NCBI GenBank assembly: GCA_964457085.1
Contig: CAYWDM010000004.1
Location: 8,131-72,130 of the forward strand
From: an uncultured Pseudomonadales bacterium
Lineage (GTDB): Bacteria; Patescibacteriota; Microgenomatia; UBA1400; PJMF01
Length of the DNA: 64,000 bases
Reading direction: 5' to 3'
Part shown: one piece after another, positions 48,604-59,500 of the stretch
How positions within the stretch are numbered: position 1 is the stretch's first letter
Layout: each line of letters opens with the position of its first letter
Translations under genes and position numbers: made by a program
Notes under the pieces: model-generated
The model's database searches: none
The model's input: only the letters and a program-made list of their open reading frames with translations
What the model was told of the DNA's origin: nothing

Positions 48604-48844
48604 GCCTTACTTACTCCTCTGAAAAAGAATATGGCCTGCCTGTCATCTGATGACATTTGAGCAGGGTGGTAGATAGACAACGTCTCGCTACTACCCTACT
48701 CAAAAAAATAGTAATAACTGTGAAAGAGCAAAAGAGTTACTTCTTCTTGCCGTTTAAAATAGGTGATACCTAAATCAACAACCCAGAAGAAGGGCTATTA
48801 TAGCAAATGGAAAAATGGCCGGTTTGTAGTCACAATTTCAAGTA

Positions 48845-49564
48845 TTATTGCAGTTTTCTGCCACGCAGCAGTGTGACCGTCGCAAATAATCTTACCAAGG
48901 TGTGCTTGATTGGAGATTGCTTCACTCGTCGAAATGATGAAAAAACCACAAATTTCCAGTCATACAGAGCTTTGACCTTTTCAGCTCGTAAACGCATCGC
49001 CAGATCCACGTCATCCGGCAACACATACTCCTGATTACAAATAGATTCATCAAACCCACCCACAGTAGTGAATGGTTTCTTTTTGATTGCAAAATTTCCT
49101 CCAGGAAACTGGTCAACGCCTGTGAATAGCTTAAAAAGCCAGTGATGCACTAAAAAATACCTCAGTTTATTAGTGACAAACTCAGGCCAAAAACCATCTT
49201 GATCGTAGATATATGGACCTGCTATTAGATCAATTGTGCGATCGTTTTGAAATGCATTACAAATTTTTTGTAGCTGCTTGGCTGGCAATCGACAATCAGC
49301 ATCTACAAAATATAAAATGTTAGATTTTGCTGCCCTAGCTCCAGTATTTCGTGCAACTGTGGCACCAGGTTTTTTTTCAGTAATCAATTGCACCGGCCAT
49401 TTCGCAGCAATTTTGGCTGTCACATCACTAGAATTGTTATCCACCACAATAACTTGATACTGAAAATCTGTGACCTGGGCAAATATTGATGCCAGACAAG
49501 CATTAATATATTTAGCTTCGTTGTAAGCGGGAATAATAATTGAAATTTGTGGAGTGGTTCGCAT
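48845..49564 (-). CDS. family 2 glycosyltransferase
   Basis: ISIIIPAYNEAKYI, VVDNNSSD, FVDADC (DxD) boxes. Confidence 0.8.
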   Translation of the reverse strand: MRTTPQISIIIPAYNEAKYINACLASIFAQVTDFQYQVIVVDNNSSDVTAKIAAKWPVQLITEKKPGATVARNTGARAAKSNILYFVDADCRLPAKQLQKICNAFQNDRTIDLIAGPYIYDQDGFWPEFVTNKLRYFLVHHWLFKLFTGVDQFPGGNFAIKKKPFTTVGGFDESICNQEYVLPDDVDLAMRLRAEKVKALYDWKFVVFSSFRRVKQSPIKHTLVRLFATVTLLRGRKLQ

Positions 49565-50242
49565 TCAGACCCCAAGCAATAAGTTCATCCAATACCCAAC
49601 TTTTTGAAAATCCATCACCCAATCGTCGCCAATTTTATTGCAACAGGGAGTTTTAATACCATAATATGGCCCATTCAAATTGCCATCGACATTGAACCTA
49701 AATAGCAGCCCCTGATAATTTAAATTGGTTTTTAAAATCTCCGGTCTTGCCAGCAGTTTTGATTTAACCGCTTCAGTACTATATTGCTCACCCTTTTTCC
49801 ATAACTCTTCTGGTCCAACTGACAGCCAGTAATTAAAAACACTACTGTTTACGGATTCTACGGGAGTATTTAAGAGATATTCGCTGCCAATTACCTGAGA
49901 ATCAATCGTCTCGATACAGCTTTTGAAGCTGTGATATCCGTAAAATAAATCAAGGGTAATTTTGATGAATTGTTCTGGGTCCTGCAATCTGCAGCTTTTA
50001 TCCAAGAAAAGTGTCAATACAAATCGTTTGTCATCATCCGTGGAGTTCCAGATATATTCAACAATTAGTATCTCGAAGGCTTCTTTATTTAAATACTCAG
50101 CAATCTCATCCACGGTTGGTCGTGCGGATGCTACTGAAATAATCCAGGCGTCTTCGTATTTTCTATCTTTAGCAAACTGGATTACATCTGGTTTGGCAGT
50201 TATTACCTCGCTAAGTAGAGATTTGAGATTTTGCATTACCAT
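49565..50242 (-). CDS. hypothetical protein (operon partner of GT2)
   Basis: 225 aa, abuts the GT2 gene (stop/start adjacent); no motif recognised. Confidence 0.45.
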   Translation of the reverse strand: MVMQNLKSLLSEVITAKPDVIQFAKDRKYEDAWIISVASARPTVDEIAEYLNKEAFEILIVEYIWNSTDDDKRFVLTLFLDKSCRLQDPEQFIKITLDLFYGYHSFKSCIETIDSQVIGSEYLLNTPVESVNSSVFNYWLSVGPEELWKKGEQYSTEAVKSKLLARPEILKTNLNYQGLLFRFNVDGNLNGPYYGIKTPCCNKIGDDWVMDFQKVGYWMNLLLGV

Positions 50243-50244
50243 GC

Positions 50245-50736
50245 TTAAGCTAAAACCGTACTGTATCTCTCGATTTCATAGCCAACAGATGCATAGCTAT
50301 CATCATCTCTCTTAACATCACAAGTAAGGTTGAGTTTGACACGATCGAGTGTCTGAAATTCACCAGAAAAACCTTTGTACAACATACTGTTGTAACTCAT
50401 GCCGTTAGAAACTCGTACTCGGTATAAATTAAAGACCTCTCTGAGTCCTGCCACATGCTGAGTATCATGGGTAATGGTCACTTCACAACCTTCTTCCAAC
50501 GATGATCGACGGACATTAACTGTGCATGCTAAGCCACCACCAGATCGCATAATACTGACTCTCAATTCTCTTCTATCAGCACTTTCACTAATGTTTGATA
50601 AGTCATAGCTATGTGAAGCGTATGCACCTTGTTTGGTATAGACAACACGCATACCGCTGCTTGAAACCTTTACCGGAGTGGAAGTACTCCACATAAATCC
50701 TACTAGTGCGACTGCGCACATTGAGTGTGGTTGCAT
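50245..50736 (-). CDS. hypothetical secreted protein
   Basis: 163 aa with signal-peptide-like N-terminus (MCAVALVGFMWSTS), 4-nt overlap (ATGA) with the downstream gene. Confidence 0.45.
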   Translation of the reverse strand: MQPHSMCAVALVGFMWSTSTPVKVSSSGMRVVYTKQGAYASHSYDLSNISESADRRELRVSIMRSGGGLACTVNVRRSSLEEGCEVTITHDTQHVAGLREVFNLYRVRVSNGMSYNSMLYKGFSGEFQTLDRVKLNLTCDVKRDDDSYASVGYEIERYSTVLA

Positions 50737-50970
50737 GATTTACCTTAATTCTTTAGTTATTCTTTTAATATACAGACAAGTGAATTATAGCCTATTCCAC
50801 CCAAGGTGTGCTAAATTAATGCTAACTATTGCAAAAAACAGCAGTACCAGAAAAGCACGAGGCAAATCTTCTCGTGTCTACCTAGTTGCTGAAGGTCAGT
50901 GGCAAGCAAGCTAAGTTATTTCAGATAATCCACTTACTCTTACAACTAAGACAGAGTTTTTAAATACCAA

Positions 50971-52785
50971 TTATTGAATAATTCTTACTCCGCCCAAATC
51001 CTCAAAACTAAAACTATGTTTTTCGTGAACTGTCCCAATAAATACATTATTTCTGGGCACATGATATCTAATTGCGTAAGCCTTAACTACCTCTGGTCCG
51101 AAAGGTAAGTCCGTCTCGATATCTAAGTTAATTTCTAGATTCTTAAATACTCTGGCAGATTTGAAAAATGCCACATATTGCTCGAAAGTTTCAGTCCACT
51201 TTTGGGCCACAGCCACATCTGGTTGACAAAATACCACCGTAATTCTTCTGCTGGTTTCATTCCGCCGGATGTATTCCAAGGAATCATAAAGCTTGGTAGG
51301 AGAATGGGCGAACAAAATAATTCTGGGACCAATGACATGATTGAGCCAAGTCCCAATCCGCTGGTTTAACCAAGGCCAAGTTTTTGAATATTTGAGTAAC
51401 GCCTCCAGGACATAATCGCGATAAATCATGGCCTGAACTAAAACAACTGCTGGGACAAAATAAACCGCGAAGTATAAGACATTTTTAGGATCAATCATGA
51501 TGTTGCCCACAATGCCAGCAATGGTAGCTCCAGCCGCCAAAAAAACATACAAGATAGGCCCTTGATAGGTCCGCTTCAAATCAGATCGGTTTTCCCGCAA
51601 AATTAAATTCCCGATGGCAAAAAAGGTCATCACGCCTAAAAAGCTAATGGTGTAAACCCCAGCCAATGACAATAACTCTCCACCAGTCATGACCAAAATA
51701 GAAAGACACAGCAAACCAAAAGCCACTATGATTCTAGTAGAATTTTGGTTTCGAGCTTTTAATTTTGGCAGCAAGATGGAACTCGGCAAACAGTGATCTA
51801 AAGTCATCCGGTAAAGCAAACCCGTGGCCCCCACAAAACTGGCTAGCACCGCTCCTGACAAGACCAAAAAAGCGTCAATTACCACCAAATATTGCAAGCC
51901 CTTACCGCCCAGGATATTTGCAGCTTCTGCCAAGACAAAATCTTTTGATCCGGCTATCTCTGGCAAACTCAAGCTAGCTAAGACAACAAAAGTGATTAAT
52001 GGATTAAAAAACCAGACTCCCATCAACATATTTCGGAGGGTATTTCTAAAGACACCGGGCTTTTGCTCTTCCACAAAGTTGGCACTGCTTTCAAAGCCAG
52101 ACACACCTAGAAGTGAAGCGGCAAAAGCCAAAAACAACAACTTAGCAGCTCCCTGCTCTGCAAATAAAATATGGGTGGCCTCTAGATTAGCTGGAATCAG
52201 CCCCCAACCTTGGTTGATCACTGTGATAATGCCATAGCTAATCACCAAAAACATGGTTAAGAGATGTATCCCAAAAATCCCCTGGGCCACTTTAGCACTG
52301 TCTTTCACGCCCATGATGGTTAGGCCGGCAAAAAAGATAATAATCACCGCTGTCAGTGGTAAAACTGGCACACCAGTTAAAACTGTTTGCAGATAGGCAC
52401 TAGCAGTTTTAGCAGAAATCACACTAGTGGCCACATAGGACAAAACAGTCATCACTCCAGCGATGGCAGCTGGTGATTTACTAGTGGCATTCAACAAACA
52501 ATTGTAAGCTCCGCCATTGAGGGGCAAAGCCTCAACCACTTCAGTGTAAACGTGTTTGTAAAAAAACAGCACTCCAACAATGGCAAAAAACACAAATGGG
52601 GCATAGGCGCCCGCAAACAAAATGGCGATACCAGACACATACAAACAGGACGACAAAATATCGTTACCCGCGATAGCTGTTGAGGCTAATTCAGATAGCT
52701 TGAGATGCTCAGCTGGTTTAACTGAGCTGGACGATGGCTGGGCAGACATAGGGTCCAGTATGACGAAGAACTTTTCAAGTGACAA
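50971..52785 (-). CDS. APC-superfamily amino-acid/polyamine permease with C-terminal cytoplasmic domain
   Basis: 12 predicted TM helices with APC-type glycine-rich TM1/TM6 regions, ~150-aa soluble tail. Confidence 0.7.
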   Translation of the reverse strand: MSLEKFFVILDPMSAQPSSSSVKPAEHLKLSELASTAIAGNDILSSCLYVSGIAILFAGAYAPFVFFAIVGVLFFYKHVYTEVVEALPLNGGAYNCLLNATSKSPAAIAGVMTVLSYVATSVISAKTASAYLQTVLTGVPVLPLTAVIIIFFAGLTIMGVKDSAKVAQGIFGIHLLTMFLVISYGIITVINQGWGLIPANLEATHILFAEQGAAKLLFLAFAASLLGVSGFESSANFVEEQKPGVFRNTLRNMLMGVWFFNPLITFVVLASLSLPEIAGSKDFVLAEAANILGGKGLQYLVVIDAFLVLSGAVLASFVGATGLLYRMTLDHCLPSSILLPKLKARNQNSTRIIVAFGLLCLSILVMTGGELLSLAGVYTISFLGVMTFFAIGNLILRENRSDLKRTYQGPILYVFLAAGATIAGIVGNIMIDPKNVLYFAVYFVPAVVLVQAMIYRDYVLEALLKYSKTWPWLNQRIGTWLNHVIGPRIILFAHSPTKLYDSLEYIRRNETSRRITVVFCQPDVAVAQKWTETFEQYVAFFKSARVFKNLEINLDIETDLPFGPEVVKAYAIRYHVPRNNVFIGTVHEKHSFSFEDLGGVRIIQ

Positions 52786-52835
52786 GCGGATTTAAATGTG
52801 AAGACCATACTGCATTCAGATATCAATCGAGAAAT

Positions 52836-53891
52836 TTACTGAGTAAAACACTCCATGTGTTCCTTTTTTAGGTTTTGAAAAATTTCCTGAGCAATAGTAG
52901 CATGACCTTGAACGCTTGGATGTCCATCAGCTACGATTTCATTCCTTTCAATAATATTGGGAACTGTAGCAGCGAAAGTAACGTTGTGATACCTTTTTTT
53001 TAGTTTAGGCCAGGCAAAAAATGTTTCATTTTGAATAAAAGTGAATACCTTCACTTGGTCATGCGGTATCCAAGAGAAGAAATCATCATAATACGTTGTC
53101 AACACACTCGTGTAAAACACGTCATGTGAGTATAATTGGTTTACTCGCATATGAGCATCATCCGAACACTGTCTAGCCGCCACTGCTTTTGAGTCATCGT
53201 CTGGGATCGACTCCACCTTTTCTTTTAGACATTGGTCAATAATGGGAGTCATGACTTCGTTATATCGAAAAAATCCAGTTGAACTTTCAAACCAAATCAC
53301 TAAATCTGGGTTATATTTCCTACCGGTTCTTTTGAATCGTTCAACGATATAAGGCACGTCATACCCAGCTACTCCTAGGTTCAAAACTTCAAAACGCTGC
53401 CACTTGCAGTCAGAGGTCATTTCCTTATTTAATGTGGCTTCCAACTGCTTGGGCCAACTATCAGAAGTGTTAACGTACAGTCCGTACGTAAAAGAGTCAC
53501 CGAGCGTTATGATCCTAAAAACATTAGGGCTTTTCTCGACGTTATGATTATTTTCATCATTTAAACCATCATCATTTATAGTATACCGAGCGGAATATGG
53601 TAACCAACTTGGGTGGTCTTCATATTGATTCCCAGGAGCTGGTTCGTAGTATTGCGAGAATGCCGTGTCAGTCGGAAAAATAAGATTATGCTTTCTGATA
53701 ACAACTGGAGTCACCGCTTCATCCCCCAGTACTCGTCCGTACTTCAGTTTAGTATGGTAGAACCACAGGAGAAAAATACTGCCAACAACAATTTCGATTG
53801 TAACCAAAGTGAACAAAAAGAGGTGCTTTTTGGAGAGGAACTGCTCAGAAGTTGAGTTTGGTGCGAGATGGGACAGAAAATTATCCGGCAT
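52836..53891 (-). CDS. membrane-anchored SGNH/GDSL hydrolase
   Basis: N-terminal TM; block I ITLGDSFTYG, later blocks with DGHP. Confidence 0.6.
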   Translation of the reverse strand: MPDNFLSHLAPNSTSEQFLSKKHLFLFTLVTIEIVVGSIFLLWFYHTKLKYGRVLGDEAVTPVVIRKHNLIFPTDTAFSQYYEPAPGNQYEDHPSWLPYSARYTINDDGLNDENNHNVEKSPNVFRIITLGDSFTYGLYVNTSDSWPKQLEATLNKEMTSDCKWQRFEVLNLGVAGYDVPYIVERFKRTGRKYNPDLVIWFESSTGFFRYNEVMTPIIDQCLKEKVESIPDDDSKAVAARQCSDDAHMRVNQLYSHDVFYTSVLTTYYDDFFSWIPHDQVKVFTFIQNETFFAWPKLKKRYHNVTFAATVPNIIERNEIVADGHPSVQGHATIAQEIFQNLKKEHMECFTQ

Positions 53892-54098
53892 TTTAATAGT
53901 AAGAGCTGTATGTGTCCCATTACTATATATCTACAAGCGAAATATGTAAGGATTGCTTTGCGAAGAGGGCGGAAGGAGAGGTCGCTGAATGCGACATTAG
54001 GCATGCACTCCGTGCTTGCCGGCAGGACCATCTTTCGATAGTCACTCACCACATCCATCAACGCTCGCCAATTCTAGCTTCGCTAGACTGGCGACCGT

Positions 54099-54191
54099 TG
54101 CGGAGCATGTGGGTCTGGAACCCTGTGTCACTATAACACCATGCTTAGTCTAGAGGTGATTATACGAGAAATGAGACAAATGAGACAGTAC
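54099..54191 (+). repeat. copy A of a ~93-nt dispersed direct repeat (tgcggagcatgtgggtctggaaccctgtgtcactataacaccatgctt...gagacaaatgagacagtac)
   Basis: Seen in sequence; about 90 percent identical by eye to copies at 56268 and 60864 (approximate percentage, not computed). Contains an 8-bp hairpin GGAGCAUG...CAUGCUUC enclosing gggt-ctgga-accc. Confidence 0.85.
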
Positions 54192-54291
54192 AGTAAGATC
54201 AAATTTTGATCTCAAACTACGAAATTAACTGGCATCAAGGTATTTTAGGTAACTATAGCCAAATTGTGTCAAAGCATGCCCCGCTCCAGAA

Positions 54292-54630
54292 GTGCTATTG
54301 TATGTGGGTACACCGGTTCGATATACCATTATTCCTAAGTTAGTTAATTCTGGCATTGGGTTGAGTAGTTCAATTATTGGCTTCATAACCAGTGCTGTTG
54401 GACTCTCCGCGCTACAAGTCTGTGGGTTTGGAACACCTATGTGTGGCGCAAGTATTGGACTTAGTCTAATCTCAGCTGTTTTGCCAAACTTTGCTCTACA
54501 GTTTCTCATTAGTCACGGCTTAAGCATTGTGTTGGTGACAATGATTATCCAGCTCATTGGTCTGTACAGCATGAAATGTTTCAAAATCAATCACTTGCAA
54601 GCTTGTGATAATAAGAGTGGAATTGATTGA
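54292..54630 (+). CDS. small hydrophobic membrane protein (uncertain)
   Basis: 112-aa ORF with 3 hydrophobic helices about 100 nt downstream of repeat copy A; a competing 94-aa minus-strand ORF overlaps it. Confidence 0.25.
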   Translation: MLLYVGTPVRYTIIPKLVNSGIGLSSSIIGFITSAVGLSALQVCGFGTPMCGASIGLSLISAVLPNFALQFLISHGLSIVLVTMIIQLIGLYSMKCFKINHLQACDNKSGID

Positions 54631-54634
54631 TTTT

Positions 54635-55318
54635 CTATCTAGCACAGCGCTCAAAAGCAGGTAAGTGCATTTCTTTAGATGCTTTGGCTAGAGAAATGAA
54701 AACAGTTTTAATGTCTTCATACTGAAGTTCTGGAATCATCCTTTGATACAATGCATCGTTATCAATTTCTGCTGTTACTCCAACTTGGCAAACTTCTTGC
54801 AGAGTAGCTGGCAGTGCACCTACTTGAGTTGTGTCTTTAGGAATCTCAACTCCATATTTATCAAACAAAGCTAAGAGCATTGAAATGTGTTGTTCTTCTG
54901 CTCGTGCAATATTGATGAATGGTTTAACTGAGCCAAATTTTGCCATGGTAGCTTGATAAGTCGCTAATGCTTTACGTTCGTCAGCTAAGGCTAGGTTAAG
55001 ATATTCAACAGTTTTCTCGTCTAGCTTGGAAACTGGATAATCAGCATCTTCAGCTAACAAACAGCCATCCATAAGACAATTTTCTTTGTTTACTTCTTGT
55101 GCTGATTGGCTACCGTTCATTCTGCCTTTTCCACCCCCTTGACCACGACCATAACCAAGAGGACCATAATTTTCTGCTACTTGAGTCTCCTGTGATTTTT
55201 GTTTTTGACTTTGGTTTAGCCACTGAAAGGCTACAACTCCCAACAAAAGAATTACAAAAAGCGACAAAATGGGGACAATTGGCAACGAGGACGCTGAGAT
55301 CTGGACAGATTTTTTCAT
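54635..55318 (-). CDS. ferritin-like DUF2202 domain protein, membrane-anchored
   Basis: N-terminal TM; duplicated four-helix ferritin-like half motifs (YLNLALADERKALATYQ and INIARAEEQHISML). Confidence 0.55.
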   Translation of the reverse strand: MKKSVQISASSLPIVPILSLFVILLLGVVAFQWLNQSQKQKSQETQVAENYGPLGYGRGQGGGKGRMNGSQSAQEVNKENCLMDGCLLAEDADYPVSKLDEKTVEYLNLALADERKALATYQATMAKFGSVKPFINIARAEEQHISMLLALFDKYGVEIPKDTTQVGALPATLQEVCQVGVTAEIDNDALYQRMIPELQYEDIKTVFISLAKASKEMHLPAFERCAR

Positions 55319-55333
55319 AAATTCTTTCTCTTT

Positions 55334-56068
55334 TTATTTTGTAAAATATTTATACAACCAACCGAACATACTTTTGGTTTGACTTTCGTTTACAACAGTG
55401 TCCTGTAATTGAGTATTTTGTTCTGTCAAATCCTGAATAGTTTCCTCAAGCATGGCGATATCGCTCTGGTTTGCTAATTGAGTTTTTAATTCAGTAAGTT
55501 GCTCGATACGCAATTGATTTTCTTCAATTTGTTTTTCAACATCCTTCAAAGCTTTATAGTCTGGTCCTATTAGGGACTTTAAAAGACCTTTACGATTTCC
55601 TACTTGATCTAGTTGAGCCTTGACTTGTTCTTGAGCTTGTTTTTGTTGTGTGGCGATTTGCTTAACTTGTTCACCAATACCACCTTTCATGGTTTTATTG
55701 GTTAATAACTCTTCAACCTGATTGGCCACATCACTCATCTTTTCTTCTGCCATGTCGTTGCGAGGAGATTCGTTTTTTGCAATTCCACTACCTACGACAG
55801 TGCTTGTTTCTTCTTTTGTTTCCACTTTAAGTTGTGAATCTTCACCCTGGTTTTTAGTTTCGATTTGATTCTTCACTTGCATTGTTGGTTGAGAAGGAGC
55901 AGTAGTGGTTTTTTGTGTACCAGCGCTAGTGCCTTGACCTGCAGATCCTTGACCGACGGTGTTTCCAGCTCCCCCATCGCTATCGCTGTTTTTTGCAGCT
56001 TGAACAAATGTTACAAGAGATAAAAAAATCACAGTAGCTAAAAAGATTGATAAGTATCTGTTTTTCAT
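55334..56068 (-). CDS. secreted coiled-coil protein
   Basis: Signal peptide (ATVIFLSLVTFVQAA), low-complexity Gly/Thr/Gln region, extended heptad-like Q/E/K-rich C-terminus. Confidence 0.5.
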   Translation of the reverse strand: MKNRYLSIFLATVIFLSLVTFVQAAKNSDSDGGAGNTVGQGSAGQGTSAGTQKTTTAPSQPTMQVKNQIETKNQGEDSQLKVETKEETSTVVGSGIAKNESPRNDMAEEKMSDVANQVEELLTNKTMKGGIGEQVKQIATQQKQAQEQVKAQLDQVGNRKGLLKSLIGPDYKALKDVEKQIEENQLRIEQLTELKTQLANQSDIAMLEETIQDLTEQNTQLQDTVVNESQTKSMFGWLYKYFTK

Positions 56069-56267
56069 AATTTTGCTCCATATTTAATGTTAGTCTTTAT
56101 TTATCTCTTGTGCAAAAGATATTCGCTCAGTTTGTGAGAGTTGCAAACAAAAAAACAACCTGTTACACGGCTGTAGAACCGCAAAATGTTCAAATCAAGG
56201 AAATTTAGCAAGCCCCATCAACCCATTCAGCGGTAATAGAAGGGTCTATCAGGACATTTTCGAAACT

Positions 56268-56360
56268 TGCGGAGCATGTGGGTCTGGAACCCTGTGTCAC
56301 TATAACACCATGCTTCGACTAGAGGTCATTATACGAGAAACGAGACAAATGAGACAGTAC
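56268..56360 (+). repeat. copy B of the ~93-nt direct repeat
   Basis: Seen in sequence; ~150 nt upstream of the 1090-aa gene. Confidence 0.85.
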
Positions 56361-56508
56361 GACAACTATCGATTTTACGATAGTCCCATCAAGTTTTCAA
56401 TTTAATCTCATCATCATCCTCAGTCTCTTGTTTTTAATTCATACATTTTTGGCATACCAACTTTTTAAGTGCAACTAATGAATTAAACTGCGAAAAAATT
56501 CCTGTATC

Positions 56509-59500
56509 TTGATTGCTGACACTACCCATGATGTACTACTTGATATGGCATTGTCCGAGCAAATTTTGCACTCAAAACAGCAAGTTAAACAATATGCTGT
56601 TGGAGGTATTAGCCAGTTAAGTCAAATTATCGATGCAGGGGGCCATCTAGACACAACAAGGCCAGATAAACTATCGCAAATTGCTGCTGAAACCAAGCAA
56701 TTCATCTCAGAATACCTTGAAAATGAATCACTCCCAGTGTCGATGAGAAGTGAGGTGTTGTGTGTGCTTAAAACACTGTTGACTATTCCAGCACCCGCTG
56801 ATCAGGTTGCCTACTTACAGAGAATTAGACCGCTACTTGAGGAAGCAGCTGGCAATGAAGTATTGTCAAACAGAAAAAAAGAAGCTGAGAATATCAAGGT
56901 ACATGAGGCAATCACTGGTCTTGAGAATTCAGGACAAAACAGTGAGTATTGCATGATACCACTGATGAATTTCTTAAGTGACACAAAGCGACAAAAACAA
57001 ATTGAACCGTTTGTGACTGACAGTCTGGATACCTGCCTGGAAAAAGAACATGCGACGGCTGCTGCCATTTTTCTAGCTATTCCAGAAAATCAAGTAGGCA
57101 GAGACAAAGAAGTGGCACAATTGCTCGAGACAATCAAAAAAAACAAAAAACGTGCTGAAGACCTTCGCCTATCACCATGGTGGACATACGCAGCCCTGGT
57201 TTTTTTCGCAGATGAAAGAAACAGAAACTTGGATAGTGCACTATTTTCAGACACTGTGGACAGCATTGACGAAACGTGTGAGCGAAAACAACTTGATGAG
57301 AAACTCTCTGAACATATCTGTGCATTTTTGGTACAGAACACCAATATGGAACAATTTTCCCGGTGGTTTGATGCAGTTATTCAAACAAGCTCTGCTTACT
57401 GGGTTGTTCCCAACAATTTTTTTAACCATCCCGATGCCTGGAATGGAAACGAACAGATAGCGATTGAGTTGAGAAAAAAAGCTATTGCAGGTAATCAATG
57501 GGGTGTGTTGATTCAACAATGCACCAATCCGAAAGTTCCAAAGCCGGGAACAGTTGCAGGTGAAGAACAATACGAAAGCAATATCATGGACGAGATTGTT
57601 CGTGATGAGATACGAGGAAGACACGGTAACGTAAATGACGCAGTCATACTGAGATACATGGCACATCCCGAACACCATGTGGATATCTATGATCAGGATA
57701 CTGTCAATCAAACAATAGCTGCAAATCTAGAGGGTGGCACAGATACTGACTATATGGCAGTTGTAGATTTTTTTAATGAATCAAATGTCCAAAACTTTTC
57801 ATCAGCCACAACTGATATGGCAAATAAGGTGGTCAATCGAATCTCTGACCATATGCTCCGTGCCAAATCGCTCGGTTTGCTCAGAACGTATCTAACTGAT
57901 GAAACCTTACCAACTACACTACTAGAAAGTGTGCCCGCAGATTTAGTCATTACGGTCGTGGCATTTAAGCTACTCGGAGTTGACGAAAATGTAGTCAGAT
58001 CTTGGCAACTTGATGAGGAAAACATTACTTCACTTTTACCCAGCCTAATTCACTTAGCCGAGATGCCTGCAAATAGAAACATGTTTGCCGACATTGCTCT
58101 TCCATTCGTGCCTAGAACCAGAGAAAGTGGCAGAAAAGTATTGGTCGAAAAAATAACTCAATGGCTCAATAAATTAGATTTTTTGAATAAAGTTCCCAAG
58201 GAACTTGGTGGTAAAGAACTGGTTGAGGATCACTTAGAGAACATTAAGACATTGCAAAAAGAGCACGCTATCTCTGACGCAACTAACACCATTGATCTCA
58301 CGGTTTTAAGAAAGTTTCAAACAGAGTTGCAGAGCATGGGGGGTCAGTTAGTTGAGAAACTCACTCAACTCATCAGACTTAAAGAAGGCATCTCATACGC
58401 ACAGGTTGAGCAGTTCATTAAGGACTGGAATGGCGATATTTCCTGCGTCATCATCCTCTCCGCCCATTACAGCACCAGCTATGACGATGGTTTGACGTAC
58501 TTAGGACAAAAAATCACCGAAATAATTGAGGGTCAGGCAGAGTCGAATAGATATGATCTCTCCAATCAACTCACCAAACAACAACTGCAACCATTACTGC
58601 GAAACCCAGAAGTAATTGAGCAGGAAAAAGCCATAGCAGTCTGGAAAGATCCAGCGTATAGTTTGAAAATTGAATCAAGCCAAGTAAAAAAAGCTGCTGT
58701 ATCAGACTATGATCTGACACAAAAAGTGTCCGCAGAACTCCGACAAAGAGTTACCACCCAAGGACATTTTCACGCAGAAAAACTGCAAGAATTAATCGTC
58801 GGAAGTACCAGTGTAGAACAAGCCCAAAAGATTACCCAATTGATTACGGCATGTGTCCAAATAAATACTGAACAACCAAAAAACCTCATTGGACAAGTAG
58901 TGCAAGAACTCAAGCAATCATCACTAAGTAAAGAGCGCCAAACACTAATAATGGGTTTGGCACAATTACTACGCGAGATATCCCTTGGAAGAGAGAGCGC
59001 TTCAAATCTAGCCAACACTGCACAAAAACTTGTTGCCAAAATAACGAATGAATGGCCGGAACTAGCAGAAATTGACCTGATTAATCAAGACCTCAAAGTC
59101 TACGTCACCAACGAGTTTGATGCTGCTGATAAAGAATCTGCGCAAGTATCTCGCGCAGAACTATTTGTGTGCTACACCACGGATAATCCCAAGACTCTTC
59201 TGGAAATTGGCCGTTATCCAAACTCCGGTTCATGTCAAAATTATGAGTCGACTGGAAGCTACAACACGGGTTTGCCAGGCTATGTGTTCGATGCGCACAT
59301 CCAAGCAGCATGCATCTCAAGCGTGACACTCCCCGATGTTCTACAAAATAATCCTGAAGCATTAACCAACGCTTCCCTGTCTGACGTAGATCTTAACCTC
59401 GGCACAGCGCAGCTGCGACTCGAAAGTGGTAAAACATTCGCTGTGAAGATATCCAAGCCAATCGCCCGCAAGATGATACTTTTAGCATCCTCAACAAATA

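Noticed and set aside
48094-48660. 188-aa plus-strand ORF in the GC-rich patch
   Set aside because: Arg/Pro-rich, low-complexity translation typical of the antisense strand of a GC-rich gene. The minus-strand frame is more protein-like and is followed by a terminator.
53912-54136. Short ORFs (74 aa and, at 60512-60778, 88 aa) covering the GC-rich repeat modules
   Set aside because: They share only the peptide encoded by the repeated DNA (AKRA.EGE) and otherwise differ, which is best explained by repeated non-coding DNA.
54225-54509. 94-aa minus-strand ORF overlapping the small membrane ORF
   Set aside because: No start context or motif; it overlaps a hydrophobic plus-strand ORF and is probably a shadow. 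Neither is strongly supported.
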